Shown here one piece after another: positions 36,978-46,000 of a stretch of 64,000 nucleotides of DNA. Each line of letters opens with the position of its first letter. Positions within the stretch are counted from its first letter, which is position 1. The stretch is from Oceanispirochaeta sp. (GTDB lineage: Bacteria; Spirochaetota; Spirochaetia; DSM-2461), in the NCBI GenBank assembly GCA_963663385.2, contig CAXXXD010000004.1, positions 416,001 to 480,000 of the forward strand, in the 5' to 3' direction. Under the pieces are notes generated by a model that saw nothing but the letters and a program-made list of their open reading frames with translations, did not search any database and had not been told where the DNA came from. The translations under genes were made by a program, and so were the position numbers.

Positions 36978-38366
36978 ATGAAAACACTGTATTTTGATTG
37001 TTTCAGCGGAATTAGCGGTGATATGACCCTTGGCGCCCTGGTGGATATAGGGGTCCCTGCAGAGTATTTGAAAGAAGAGCTGAGTAAGCTGCATATAGAG
37101 GATGAATTTTCACTATCCTTTGATATCACCCAGAAAATGGGAATAACCGGTACAAAAGCAGGGGTGATCCTTCACAATCAGGGTGATCATCACGGGCACA
37201 GCCACGAGCATGAGCACAGCCACGAGCATGAGCACAGCCACGATCATGAGCACAGCCACGATCATGAGCATAACCACGATCATGAGCATAACCACGATCA
37301 CGGGCATAACCACGATCATGAGCATAACCACGATCACGGGCATAACCACGATCACGGGCATAACCACGATCACGGGCATAACCACGATCATGAACACAGG
37401 AACCTTCATACGATTACTCATATTATTGAAGGAAGCGGGATTTCCGCCCGGGCTAAAGAGTGGGCTTTGAAGATATTTACAAAGGTCGCAGAAGCGGAGG
37501 CGAAAGTCCACGGCAAGCCCCTCGATCAGGTTCATTTTCATGAAGTGGGAGCCACAGACTCCATTGTCGATATTGCGGGGGCGGCAGTCTGTCTGGATTA
37601 TCTGGGTGTGGACAGGATCCTGGCCTCTCCTGTTGAAGTGGGGGGCGGGTTTGTCAAATGCGCCCATGGCCTCTTTCCCGTTCCTGCTCCGGCAACGGCA
37701 GAGATTCTTACAGGAATCCCCTGTACATACGGGAGGGTGGATTCCGAAACAACAACCCCGACGGGAGCGGCTATTCTGGCAGCCATGGTGGATGAGTTTA
37801 CCTCTTCTCCCGATCTTACCGCTGATAAAGTAGGGTACGGTCTCGGATTCAAGGATTTTAAAATCCCCAATGTTCTGCGTGTAATACTGGGAAAATCCGG
37901 GTCTTCAGTAAATCCGGACTACGAACGGGACAGAAACCGGCTGATAGAGTGTAATCTGGACGATATGAATGCCGAGGATTTTCAGGAGGTTATGGACAGG
38001 CTCCTTGAGGCAGGCGCTCTGGATGTTTATATGACATCTGTGATGATGAAAAAGTCCCGGCCTGCTGTAAAACTCTCGGTGCTTGTAAAAGAGTCCGATA
38101 AAGACCGCTGTATTTCCCTGCTTTTCAGGCATACCACAACATTTGGAGTCAGAATTGCCGATGTCGAAAAAGTCATGCTGAAACGGGAATTGAAAACTGT
38201 TGAGACAAGTTACGGACCTGTGCAGGTTAAAGTCGGAAAACAGGGAGACTCCACAGTAAAGTGGAAAATGGAATATGATGATCTGAAATCCCTGGCGGAT
38301 ACCGGAGGCATAAGCCTGCCGGCTTTAAGGTTAAAACTGATGGAAGAGATAGCAGGAGATATATGA
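36978..38366 (+). CDS. larC: NPN cofactor nickel insertase LarC
   Basis: DCFSGISGDMTLGAL, AEA..HG....VHFHEVGA.DSIVD, PVPAPAT, TPTGAAI, ECNLDD, MKKSRP, TTTFGVR; internal His tract. Confidence 0.95.
   Translation: MKTLYFDCFSGISGDMTLGALVDIGVPAEYLKEELSKLHIEDEFSLSFDITQKMGITGTKAGVILHNQGDHHGHSHEHEHSHEHEHSHDHEHSHDHEHNHDHEHNHDHGHNHDHEHNHDHGHNHDHGHNHDHGHNHDHEHRNLHTITHIIEGSGISARAKEWALKIFTKVAEAEAKVHGKPLDQVHFHEVGATDSIVDIAGAAVCLDYLGVDRILASPVEVGGGFVKCAHGLFPVPAPATAEILTGIPCTYGRVDSETTTPTGAAILAAMVDEFTSSPDLTADKVGYGLGFKDFKIPNVLRVILGKSGSSVNPDYERDRNRLIECNLDDMNAEDFQEVMDRLLEAGALDVYMTSVMMKKSRPAVKLSVLVKESDKDRCISLLFRHTTTFGVRIADVEKVMLKRELKTVETSYGPVQVKVGKQGDSTVKWKMEYDDLKSLADTGGISLPALRLKLMEEIAGDI
37197..37394 (+). repeat. 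11 x 18-bp tandem repeat encoding H(S/N)H(E/D)H(E/G) in larC
   Basis: Units such as CACAGCCACGAGCATGAG, CATAACCACGATCATGAG, CATAACCACGATCACGGG. Confidence 0.95.
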
Positions 38367-39184
38367 GCCGTTCAGAAAGATTGAAGAAGCTGAAAGGTAT
38401 TATATCCGGGTACAGGAATTTTGCTGTGGCTTTTTCCGGAGGAGTGGACAGCACATTTCTCCTGGCTGCGGCGGTAAGAGTTCTGGGAGCTGATCATGTG
38501 ACAGCCATGACGGTTGTTCCTCCCTATGTCGCCGGGTGGGAGATCGAGGAATCCCGTGAATATGCGGAGAGTCTGGGTGTTCATCATATCCTGATGAAAG
38601 CGGAAATGATTGATGAAGTCAGGAGGAATCCTGAAAACCGCTGTTATGTGTGTAAGCGGTTTCTGTTTGAACAGATGAAAGACCGCTGCGACAGGGAAGG
38701 GATCGCCGTACTGGCAGACGGTTCCAATGCGGATGATCTGGGGGATTACAGACCGGGGATGCAGGCTCTCAGGGAACTGAGCATACTGAGCCCCATGTTG
38801 AAAGCCGGTCTGACCAAGCAGGATATCCGGGATATTTCCCGTGAATGGGAACTGCCGACCTGGGATAAACCGCCCTACGCCTGTCTCCTTACAAGGATTC
38901 CCCATAACAGGACAGTTACTCCGGAAATTCTGGAGCGGATAGAGAAGAGCGAGGTCATTCTGATTGAAGCGGGATTCCCCTACGTGAGAGTGCGGGACCA
39001 TGGAGATGTCGCCCGTATTGAGATCCCCCGGGAGAGGTTCGAAGAGTTTCTGAACCGCGGTGTTTATGAAACGGCGGAACAAAAGCTGAAAAGCTGCGGT
39101 TATCAGTATGTAACCCTTGATCTGGGGGGGTATAAGATGGGGAATATGAATCCCGCAGGAGTCATGATAAAAAGGGAACCATGA
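38363..39184 (+). CDS. larE: NPN sulfur insertase LarE
   Basis: PP-loop AFSGGVDS, RCYVCK, DYRPG, WDKP..ACL.TR, RVRDHG. Confidence 0.93.
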   Translation: MSRSERLKKLKGIISGYRNFAVAFSGGVDSTFLLAAAVRVLGADHVTAMTVVPPYVAGWEIEESREYAESLGVHHILMKAEMIDEVRRNPENRCYVCKRFLFEQMKDRCDREGIAVLADGSNADDLGDYRPGMQALRELSILSPMLKAGLTKQDIRDISREWELPTWDKPPYACLLTRIPHNRTVTPEILERIEKSEVILIEAGFPYVRVRDHGDVARIEIPRERFEEFLNRGVYETAEQKLKSCGYQYVTLDLGGYKMGNMNPAGVMIKREP

Positions 39185-39255
39185 ATTGTTGGGCCCCTTT
39201 TTGATCATATAGCGACAGAGCAGGCAACCAGCTCGAAAGCTTAATGGAGTAAGAA

Positions 39256-39999
39256 ATGGATGATGTTAAATCTATATTGGAAGCCTATAAAAACGGGAAC
39301 CTGGATCTGGAAGAAGCCGTTAGAAGCGTAAACAGCAGCTATTTTACGGATTTGGGGCATACCGTTCTGGATAATAACAGAATGAAGAGAACCGGGTATC
39401 CGGAAGTGATATACAGTTCCGGGAAAACCCCCGAACAGGTCCGCAGCATATTTAAAGCCATGGCCGACCGGGGGGATAATATCCTGGCAACACGGTCTGA
39501 TGAAGCCGTCTGCGAAGCTATCCGAAAGGATTTTCCGGAGGCTGAGTATCATGAAATGGCCCGTATCGTCAGCCTTAAGAATAAAGACTTTCCTTATGTG
39601 AATGACCATTCCATTGCTGTTGTTACAGCGGGAACCTCCGATCTGCCGGTTGCAGAAGAAGCTGCTGTTACGGCAGAATTCTACGGGAACAGGGTGATAA
39701 GGATAACTGATGTGGGTGTGGCCGGTATCCACCGTCTTCTCGGCCGGTTGGAGCAGATCCGCTCAGCCCGTGTTCTGGTCGTCGTGGCCGGTATGGAAGG
39801 GGCTCTGCCCAGTGTGATCGGCGGACTTGTGGACAAACCCGTTATAGCAGTTCCCACCAGCGTGGGGTACGGCGCCAGTTTCAATGGTCTGGCAGCCATG
39901 CTGGGAATGCTGACGAGCTGCTCCTCCGGAATCAGTGTCGTGAATATTGATAACGGGTTCGGTGCCGGGTATCAGGCCAGTCTGATTAATCAGCTGTAA
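39256..39999 (+). CDS. larB: NPN carboxylase/hydrolase LarB
   Basis: RTGYPEVI...GKT, AGTSDLPVAEEA, DVGVAGIHRL, AGMEGALPS, PTSVGYG, VNIDNGFGA. Confidence 0.95.
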   Translation: MDDVKSILEAYKNGNLDLEEAVRSVNSSYFTDLGHTVLDNNRMKRTGYPEVIYSSGKTPEQVRSIFKAMADRGDNILATRSDEAVCEAIRKDFPEAEYHEMARIVSLKNKDFPYVNDHSIAVVTAGTSDLPVAEEAAVTAEFYGNRVIRITDVGVAGIHRLLGRLEQIRSARVLVVVAGMEGALPSVIGGLVDKPVIAVPTSVGYGASFNGLAAMLGMLTSCSSGISVVNIDNGFGAGYQASLINQL

Positions 40000-40173
40000 T
40001 GTTGTGTTTCTGATGGTAACCGGTATCTTTCATAGCCCATCCGATAATCCTCGTCTATCGGAATGCTATTCAATTCAGGGGATAGGATCCGGCTGACAGA
40101 TAGTTAAATCCAGCTGTCTATAGAAGAACATTCATTTCTATTTTGACTTGACGGCCCTTTCATGGAATAGTAT

Positions 40174-40197
40174 ATTAGAGATCATATGATTTCTTAA
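40174..40197. promoter_or_regulatory. Candidate TetR operator 1
   Basis: ATTAGAGATCATATGATTTCTTAA, an imperfect palindrome upstream of tetR; 19/24 identical to 40769-40792. Confidence 0.7.
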
Positions 40198-40209
40198 AGG
40201 CAGTGCGGA

Positions 40210-40755
40210 ATGCGTCCCAAAAAAGATGAAGTGAGAAGAAAAATACTGGAGGCCGCTGAGATTCAATTCCTGAAGGAAGGATTCAGAGGAGCAGGCATGC
40301 GGGAGCTGGTCAGGCTTTCCGGTGTCAGTTATGGAAACATCTATAAGTATTTTAATCACAAAGAAGACATCCTCAATACTTTGATGAAGCCCTTTGCTGA
40401 CATGTTAATAGAAGGGTTTGCAGAAATCACCAGCCATAAAGAGAATGGGGAAGAGGATGCGACGGAGATAATTACCAAAGGTCTTTTCAGGCTTTACGAA
40501 AAAAACAGGAATCTCTTTCTGATTTTTTTCCTCCACATGAAGGGTTCCCAATTGGACAGGAAAAGAGTAATGCTGATTGACAAGCTGGCCATTCATATAG
40601 CCCATTTGATTAACGATGATGGTTTAAGCCGGATTCTGGCCAGAAACTTCTTTTCGACTATTGCTGAATTGGCTTTGCAGAATGAAGATCCACAGAGCTT
40701 TAAGAAGGCAGTGACAGAATTTGTCAGTTATCATATCAGGGGCTGTTGCTCCTGA
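40210..40755 (+). CDS. TetR/AcrR-family regulator
   Basis: ILEAAEIQFLKEGF...GVSYGNIYKYFNHKEDI HTH. Confidence 0.92.
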   Translation: MRPKKDEVRRKILEAAEIQFLKEGFRGAGMRELVRLSGVSYGNIYKYFNHKEDILNTLMKPFADMLIEGFAEITSHKENGEEDATEIITKGLFRLYEKNRNLFLIFFLHMKGSQLDRKRVMLIDKLAIHIAHLINDDGLSRILARNFFSTIAELALQNEDPQSFKKAVTEFVSYHIRGCCS

Positions 40756-40768
40756 TTTTTTTTGCCAT

Positions 40769-40792
40769 TTAAGAGATCACATGATCGCTTAA
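40769..40792. promoter_or_regulatory. Candidate TetR operator 2
   Basis: TTAAG-A-GATCA-CA-TGATC-G-CTTAA palindrome followed by AGGAGGTGAT. Confidence 0.7.
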
Positions 40793-41059
40793 TTTTCCAG
40801 AGGAGGTGATATGTAAACAATACAGGAAAAACATTGGCTATTCTCACCCTGCTGTAAGCGGGTGTGTCATTCCACGAAATAACGATAAGGAATGAACTAT
40901 GTTAAAAGAGGAACATTCCCGGCAGAATAAACGGTAAAACGGTACGTGTCCTTTTCCCCATCCTGTTTCTATGACCTGAACTCACAATACAGATCTGCTT
41001 TCTAATGAAAGATGATTTTGTTTCATATGATGGATTTGTTCGGAGGATCATCTTTTCTC

Positions 41060-41122
41060 TTGCAAAAGAAAGTAATTGGAAATATAATCGAAGTACTTAC
41101 GAAAGTATATAGATAGTGAATA
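41060..41122 (+). promoter_or_regulatory. Sigma70 promoter with 11-bp-phased GAA repeats
   Basis: TTGCAA-N17-TATAAT (41060-41088); GAA at 41068, 41079, 41090 and 41101. Confidence 0.6.
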
Positions 41123-41155
41123 GTAAGGTTTTGAAAAATCGAACAGGAGTTTTGT

Positions 41156-42289
41156 GTGGACAGAATTGCTTATATGGCATCCTATCTGAGGGGGATCACC
41201 TTTGATGGGGAGAAAGGGAAAATTATCCATTACACGGAAAAAAACATGGAAGGCAGTTTTCTTACGGTACAGCTTGCAAACCTGCCCGAGGACGAAGCTT
41301 CTCTCGCCTCCCTTCTCAAGAAGGAAGTGGGACAGAACCGGCTGGCAGAAGTTGTGACTCTCCCGGACGGAGGCAGTTTTATCATAGCCGACAGTTACGA
41401 TCAGGCCCTTCAGGCAGTCCGGGAAGGTTCGTTCGGAGAAAGAAAATTTCCCGAAGGCGGTATCCCGGCGGTAAAAGACAAGATTGCCCTTGTAACCGGC
41501 GGGGCGCAGGGATTCGGTGAAGGAATGGTCCGGGAACTGTTTGCCGCCGGCGCCTATGTCTATATTGCCGACATGAATGTAGAAGGCGCCGAGAGTCTTG
41601 CTTCGGAGCTGAATACCCAGGCAGGGGCAACAAGGGCATTTGCTCTTAAAGTCAATGTAACAAGCGAGGAGTCGGTGGAGGCCATGCTTGATTCGGTTGC
41701 CAGAACAACCGGCGGACTGGATATTTTTATCAGCAATGCGGGGGTACTGAAAGCGGGCAGTGTCAAAGAGATGGCTTTGAAGGATTTTCAGTTTGTAACG
41801 GATGTTGACTACACGGGATTCTTTATCTGCACCAAATTCACCGCCCGGCTGCTGGAAGTGCAGAATGCTCCCAGCGGAGAATACTATACGGATATTATCG
41901 GGATCAGCTCCAAATCCGGTCTGGAGGGATCCAACAAGAACGGAGCCTATGCGGGCGCCAAGTTCGGAAGCCTGGGGCTGACCCAGAGCTTTGCCCTGGA
42001 ACTGGTGACGGACAATATCAAAGTGAACTCCATCTGCCCCGGGAACTTTCTGGACGGGCCCCTGTGGTCCGATCCCGACCGGGGTCTGTTTGTCCAGTAT
42101 CTGAATGCCGGTAAGGTTCCGGGAGCAAAGACGATTGGGGATGTCCGGAAATTCTACGAGGACAAGGTTCCCATGAAGCGGGGCTGCCGGACGGAAGATG
42201 TGGTTAAGGCCATTTACTATATTGTGGATCAGAAATACGAAACAGGGCAGGCGGTGCCTGTCACCGGCGGCCAGGTTATGCTCAACTAG
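41156..42289 (+). CDS. SDR oxidoreductase, sorbitol-6-phosphate dehydrogenase (SrlD/SorD)-like, with ~110-aa N-terminal extension
   Basis: TGGAQGFG, SNAG, SSKSG, YAGAKFG..GLTQS.ALE, GNFLD.PLW, Y.DKVPMKRGC...DV. Confidence 0.8.
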   Translation: MDRIAYMASYLRGITFDGEKGKIIHYTEKNMEGSFLTVQLANLPEDEASLASLLKKEVGQNRLAEVVTLPDGGSFIIADSYDQALQAVREGSFGERKFPEGGIPAVKDKIALVTGGAQGFGEGMVRELFAAGAYVYIADMNVEGAESLASELNTQAGATRAFALKVNVTSEESVEAMLDSVARTTGGLDIFISNAGVLKAGSVKEMALKDFQFVTDVDYTGFFICTKFTARLLEVQNAPSGEYYTDIIGISSKSGLEGSNKNGAYAGAKFGSLGLTQSFALELVTDNIKVNSICPGNFLDGPLWSDPDRGLFVQYLNAGKVPGAKTIGDVRKFYEDKVPMKRGCRTEDVVKAIYYIVDQKYETGQAVPVTGGQVMLN

Positions 42290-42316
42290 TTAAAGATTTT
42301 AGGGAGATTTGATTAT

Positions 42317-43579
42317 ATGAAAACGAAAGCGGTCAGGTTATATGGCAAGAAGGATTTAAGGCTGGAGGAGTTTGAACTCCCCGCAATTAAAGATGACGAG
42401 ATCCTGGCAACGGTTGTGTCGGACAGTATCTGTATGTCCTCCTATAAGGCAGCGTCTCAGGGAGCCGACCACAAACGGGTTCCCGATGATGTGGGTCAGA
42501 ATCCTATTATTATCGGACATGAGTTCTGCGGGGAGATCCTTGAGGTCGGTTCCAAGTGGGCCGGTCAGTTCAGGGCGGGTCAGAAGTTTTCCATTCAGCC
42601 GGCTTTGAACTATAAGGGGTCCCTGGATGCGCCGGGTTACTCTTTTCAGTATATAGGAGGAGATGCGACCAATATCATTATCCCCAATGAGGTAATGGAG
42701 ATGAACTGTCTGCTGCCTTACGAAGGGGACGCCTACTTTATGGGATCACTGAGTGAGCCTGTTTCCTGTATCGTCGGAACCTATCACGCCATGTACCACA
42801 TCCCCCAGGGAACCTATATTCACGATATGGGAATCCGGGAGGGAGGCAGCCTGGCTATTCTGGCCGGTGTCGGCCCTATGGGACTGGGTGCCATCGATTA
42901 TGCCATTCATGCCCCTGTAAAACCGGGTCTTCTGGTTGTAACGGATATAGACGATGCCAGGCTGGAGCGGGCGGCATCCATCTATACGGTGGAAGAAGCG
43001 GCAAAAAACGGTGTGAAACTGATCTATAAAAATACAAAAGACTGTGCCGATCCCAATGCGGAGCTGATGGCTCTGACCGGGGAAAGGGGGTTTGATGATG
43101 TTCTGGTTATGGCTCCCGTCCGTCCCCTTATTGAACAGGGGGATGCCATTTTGACCAAAGACGGCTGTCTGAACTTCTTTGCAGGTCCTTCCAATACGGA
43201 GTTTATGGCTGAGTTGAACTTTTATAATGTCCATTACGCTTTCCATCATATTGTCGGAACCAGCGGTGGAAATACGGATGATATGAAGGAATCCCTGGAG
43301 ATGATGGGAGACGGACGGCTTAACCCTTCTGCCATGATTACCCATATCGGCGGTCTGGATGCGGTTGTGGATACAACTTTAAACCTCCCCAATATCCCGG
43401 GAGGTAAAAAACTGGTCTATAATCATAAAAAGATGAACCTGACAGCTATTGCGGACTTTGAAGAGCTGGGGAAAACCTCTCCCTTCTTTGCCGAACTGGA
43501 CAAGCTGGTTAAAAAGCATAACGGCCTGTGGAACGTGGAAGCGGAAAAGTACTTCCTGGCCAACGCAGAGGATATCTGA
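42317..43579 (+). CDS. Zn-dependent (MDR) dehydrogenase, L-sorbose-1-phosphate reductase (SorE)-like
   Basis: MKTKAVRLYGK.DLRLEEFELP, DSICMSSYKA, GHE, GVGPMGLG, GTSGG, PGGKKL. Confidence 0.8.
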   Translation: MKTKAVRLYGKKDLRLEEFELPAIKDDEILATVVSDSICMSSYKAASQGADHKRVPDDVGQNPIIIGHEFCGEILEVGSKWAGQFRAGQKFSIQPALNYKGSLDAPGYSFQYIGGDATNIIIPNEVMEMNCLLPYEGDAYFMGSLSEPVSCIVGTYHAMYHIPQGTYIHDMGIREGGSLAILAGVGPMGLGAIDYAIHAPVKPGLLVVTDIDDARLERAASIYTVEEAAKNGVKLIYKNTKDCADPNAELMALTGERGFDDVLVMAPVRPLIEQGDAILTKDGCLNFFAGPSNTEFMAELNFYNVHYAFHHIVGTSGGNTDDMKESLEMMGDGRLNPSAMITHIGGLDAVVDTTLNLPNIPGGKKLVYNHKKMNLTAIADFEELGKTSPFFAELDKLVKKHNGLWNVEAEKYFLANAEDI

Positions 43580-43607
43580 CAGAGCAATTCAGACGCCTGC
43601 ATTCAGG

Positions 43608-43740
43608 CCCTCACCCTGCCCTTTGGTCACAAACTTCGTTTGTTGCTCAGGCATGCAACCGGCCTCTCCCAAAGGGCGAGGGTAGATCTGTTTTAATGAT
43701 ACTGGAAATATTAATCGATCCCCGAGCGTAGTCGAGGGGG
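43608..43740. repeat. Composite REP-like intergenic elements
   Basis: CCCTCACCC...CTCTCCCAAAGGGCGAGGG hairpin containing copy B of the 38-bp repeat (43624-43661), plus CCCCGAGCGTAGTCGAGGGG. Confidence 0.6.
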
Positions 43741-43756
43741 AGAGGGAAAAGGAGTC

Positions 43757-45196
43757 ATGCATATGAAAAAATACATCGCTGTGGACCTGGGGGCCTCTAA
43801 CGGACGGGTCATTGTGGGAAATCCGGAGAAATTCGAGGTGACAAACCGTTTTCCCACCTGGAATATCCGTCTGGGAGACAGTGTTTTCTGGGATATCCTT
43901 GCCATCTTTAATGAGATAAAGAAAGGGATCAAAGAAGCGGTAAAACGCTATCCTGAAGATATTGTCAGTATAGGAATTGATACCTGGGGGGTTGATCATG
44001 GCCTTCTGGACAAAAACGGCGCTCTGATCGGGAACCCCTATATGTACAGGGACAGCAGAACCGATACGGCCATGGATGAACTGTTCAGGGTTGTGCCGAA
44101 AAATGAGGTCTATAACCGGACGGGAATCCAGTTCAATCAGTTTAATACGATTTATCAGCTGTGGGCGATGAAACGGGATGCTCCGGAAGTTCTGGCTGCG
44201 GCGGAGCACTACCTGTCTATTCCGGATCTGCTCAACTACTGGTTGACGGGGGTTATGAAAAACGAGTTTTCCCATGCCTCTACCACTCAGCTGATGAATC
44301 CCTATGACAAAACATGGGATACAGAGCTGATGGATAAACTGGGGCTCCCTGAAAAGATCTTTGGAGAGATTGTTCCTTCCGGTACGGTAATCGGCCCTCT
44401 GGCTCCTCATATTGCAGAAGAGCTGGGAGCACCCGAATCCCTGCAGGTGGTTGCGGTCGGGGCTCATGATACCGCTTCAGCCGTGGCAGCGGTTCCTGTC
44501 GGAGAAGGACAGGAAAACCTTTTTCTCAGCTCCGGGACCTGGTCTCTGCTGGGAGTTGAGTCGGAAGTCCCGGTGATTAATGAAAAAACATACGCCTATG
44601 ACCTTACCAATGAGGGAACCGTCAGCGGCACGACCCGTCTGCTGAAAAATATCATGGGGATGTGGATACTGCAGGAATCAAAGCGCTACTGGGATGAGCA
44701 CGATGACAAGTACTCCTGGGATGAACTGTCTGAAATGGCCCGGGAGTTCGGTCCGGTCAAGTGGCATCTGGATCCCAACGACTCCCTGTTTTTTGCCCCT
44801 TCATCCATTGATGATCCCATGCCGGAAAGGATCCGGAAATTCTGTGAGAGGAACGGATGGGAACCGCCTGCTTCCATCGGTGAGATTGTAAGAGGAATCT
44901 TTCAGGGACTGGCGGAAACTTACGGTAAAACTGTCGATGCGCTGGAAGATATCACCGGTAAAAAGTACAATGAGCTCTATATTGTGGGCGGCGGGTGTCA
45001 GGAAACCCTTCTGTGTGAATTGACGGCGGAAATCTCCGGACGGACGGTATATGCCGGACCGGTCGAGGCTACAGCGCTGGGGAATATTCTGGTCCAGTCT
45101 CTGGCTTCAGGGGAGATCTCTTCCATTCAGGAAGGGCGGCATCTGCTTAAAACGACCCAGGATATAAAAAAATATGTTCCCGTATCTGCCCAATAG
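43757..45196 (+). CDS. FGGY-family carbohydrate kinase (rhamnulokinase-like)
   Basis: AVDLGASNGR, GIDTWGVD, YRDSRT, HDTASAV, SSGTWSL, TNEG, VGGG, GPVEATALGN. Confidence 0.9.
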   Translation: MHMKKYIAVDLGASNGRVIVGNPEKFEVTNRFPTWNIRLGDSVFWDILAIFNEIKKGIKEAVKRYPEDIVSIGIDTWGVDHGLLDKNGALIGNPYMYRDSRTDTAMDELFRVVPKNEVYNRTGIQFNQFNTIYQLWAMKRDAPEVLAAAEHYLSIPDLLNYWLTGVMKNEFSHASTTQLMNPYDKTWDTELMDKLGLPEKIFGEIVPSGTVIGPLAPHIAEELGAPESLQVVAVGAHDTASAVAAVPVGEGQENLFLSSGTWSLLGVESEVPVINEKTYAYDLTNEGTVSGTTRLLKNIMGMWILQESKRYWDEHDDKYSWDELSEMAREFGPVKWHLDPNDSLFFAPSSIDDPMPERIRKFCERNGWEPPASIGEIVRGIFQGLAETYGKTVDALEDITGKKYNELYIVGGGCQETLLCELTAEISGRTVYAGPVEATALGNILVQSLASGEISSIQEGRHLLKTTQDIKKYVPVSAQ

Positions 45197-45231
45197 AATG
45201 GGACAGGGCGTCCGGGACGGGAGATCGCGTT

Positions 45232-45903
45232 TTGAGTGAAAAAAAACTGAAGGGCATCCTTTTTGATATGGACGGGGTGCTGGCAGATTCGGAAGAGTTT
45301 ATCTGTGAGGCAGCCATGAAAATGTTTGCCGAATTGGGGCTGGCTGTCCAGGCGGAGGATTTTCTTCCTTTTGTGGGAGCAGGAGAAAACCGTTATCTCG
45401 GCGGAGTGGCAGAGAAATACGGTTTCGATCTGGACTGTTCGATAGGCGGTATTGATCCGGCAAAAGCCCGTACATACGAAATCTACGGTCAGATAATCAG
45501 GGGGCGGATGAAGGAGCTTCCCGGAGCTGCGGATTTTGTCAGGACCTGTCGGGAGAAAGGTCTGAAAACCGCTTTGGCGACAAGCGCGGATAAAACGAAA
45601 ATGGTCTATACCCTAGAAGAGATCGGGCTCCCCCTGGATGTCTTTGACGCCAGTATTAACGGGCTGGATGTGGAAAGGAAAAAACCTTTTCCGGACATTT
45701 ATATAAAAGCGGCGGAACTTCTGGGACTGAAACCGGAATCCTGTCTTGTTGTAGAAGATGCTGTTAACGGCGTACAGGCTGCGCTGGCAGCCGGAAGCCG
45801 GTGCCTGGGGCTTACAAGCAGCTTTACAGAGGAAGAGCTGGAAGGAGCAGACTGGTTTGCTCCCAATCTGGCGGAGGTTCCCCCGGAAGTTCTTCTGTGG
45901 TAG
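45232..45903 (+). CDS. HAD-family phosphatase (beta-PGM/CbbY-like)
   Basis: FDMDGVL, ATS, KPFPDIY, VEDAVNGVQAA. Confidence 0.9.
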   Translation: MSEKKLKGILFDMDGVLADSEEFICEAAMKMFAELGLAVQAEDFLPFVGAGENRYLGGVAEKYGFDLDCSIGGIDPAKARTYEIYGQIIRGRMKELPGAADFVRTCREKGLKTALATSADKTKMVYTLEEIGLPLDVFDASINGLDVERKKPFPDIYIKAAELLGLKPESCLVVEDAVNGVQAALAAGSRCLGLTSSFTEEELEGADWFAPNLAEVPPEVLLW

Positions 45904-46000
45904 TATCAATATACAACTGTATCAATCCGGGACCTGATTATTTCCTGAATTAATCGGGCCCGAAAAATTCAATTATCTTTTAAGAGTAAGGAAGACACTT

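Noticed and set aside
37113..37667. IVVM-repeat and ITT-repeat ORFs (also 37183-37470), and a possible CRISPR-like array
   Set aside because: Alternative frames of the larC His repeat. The units are contiguous with no spacers and no cas genes are present.
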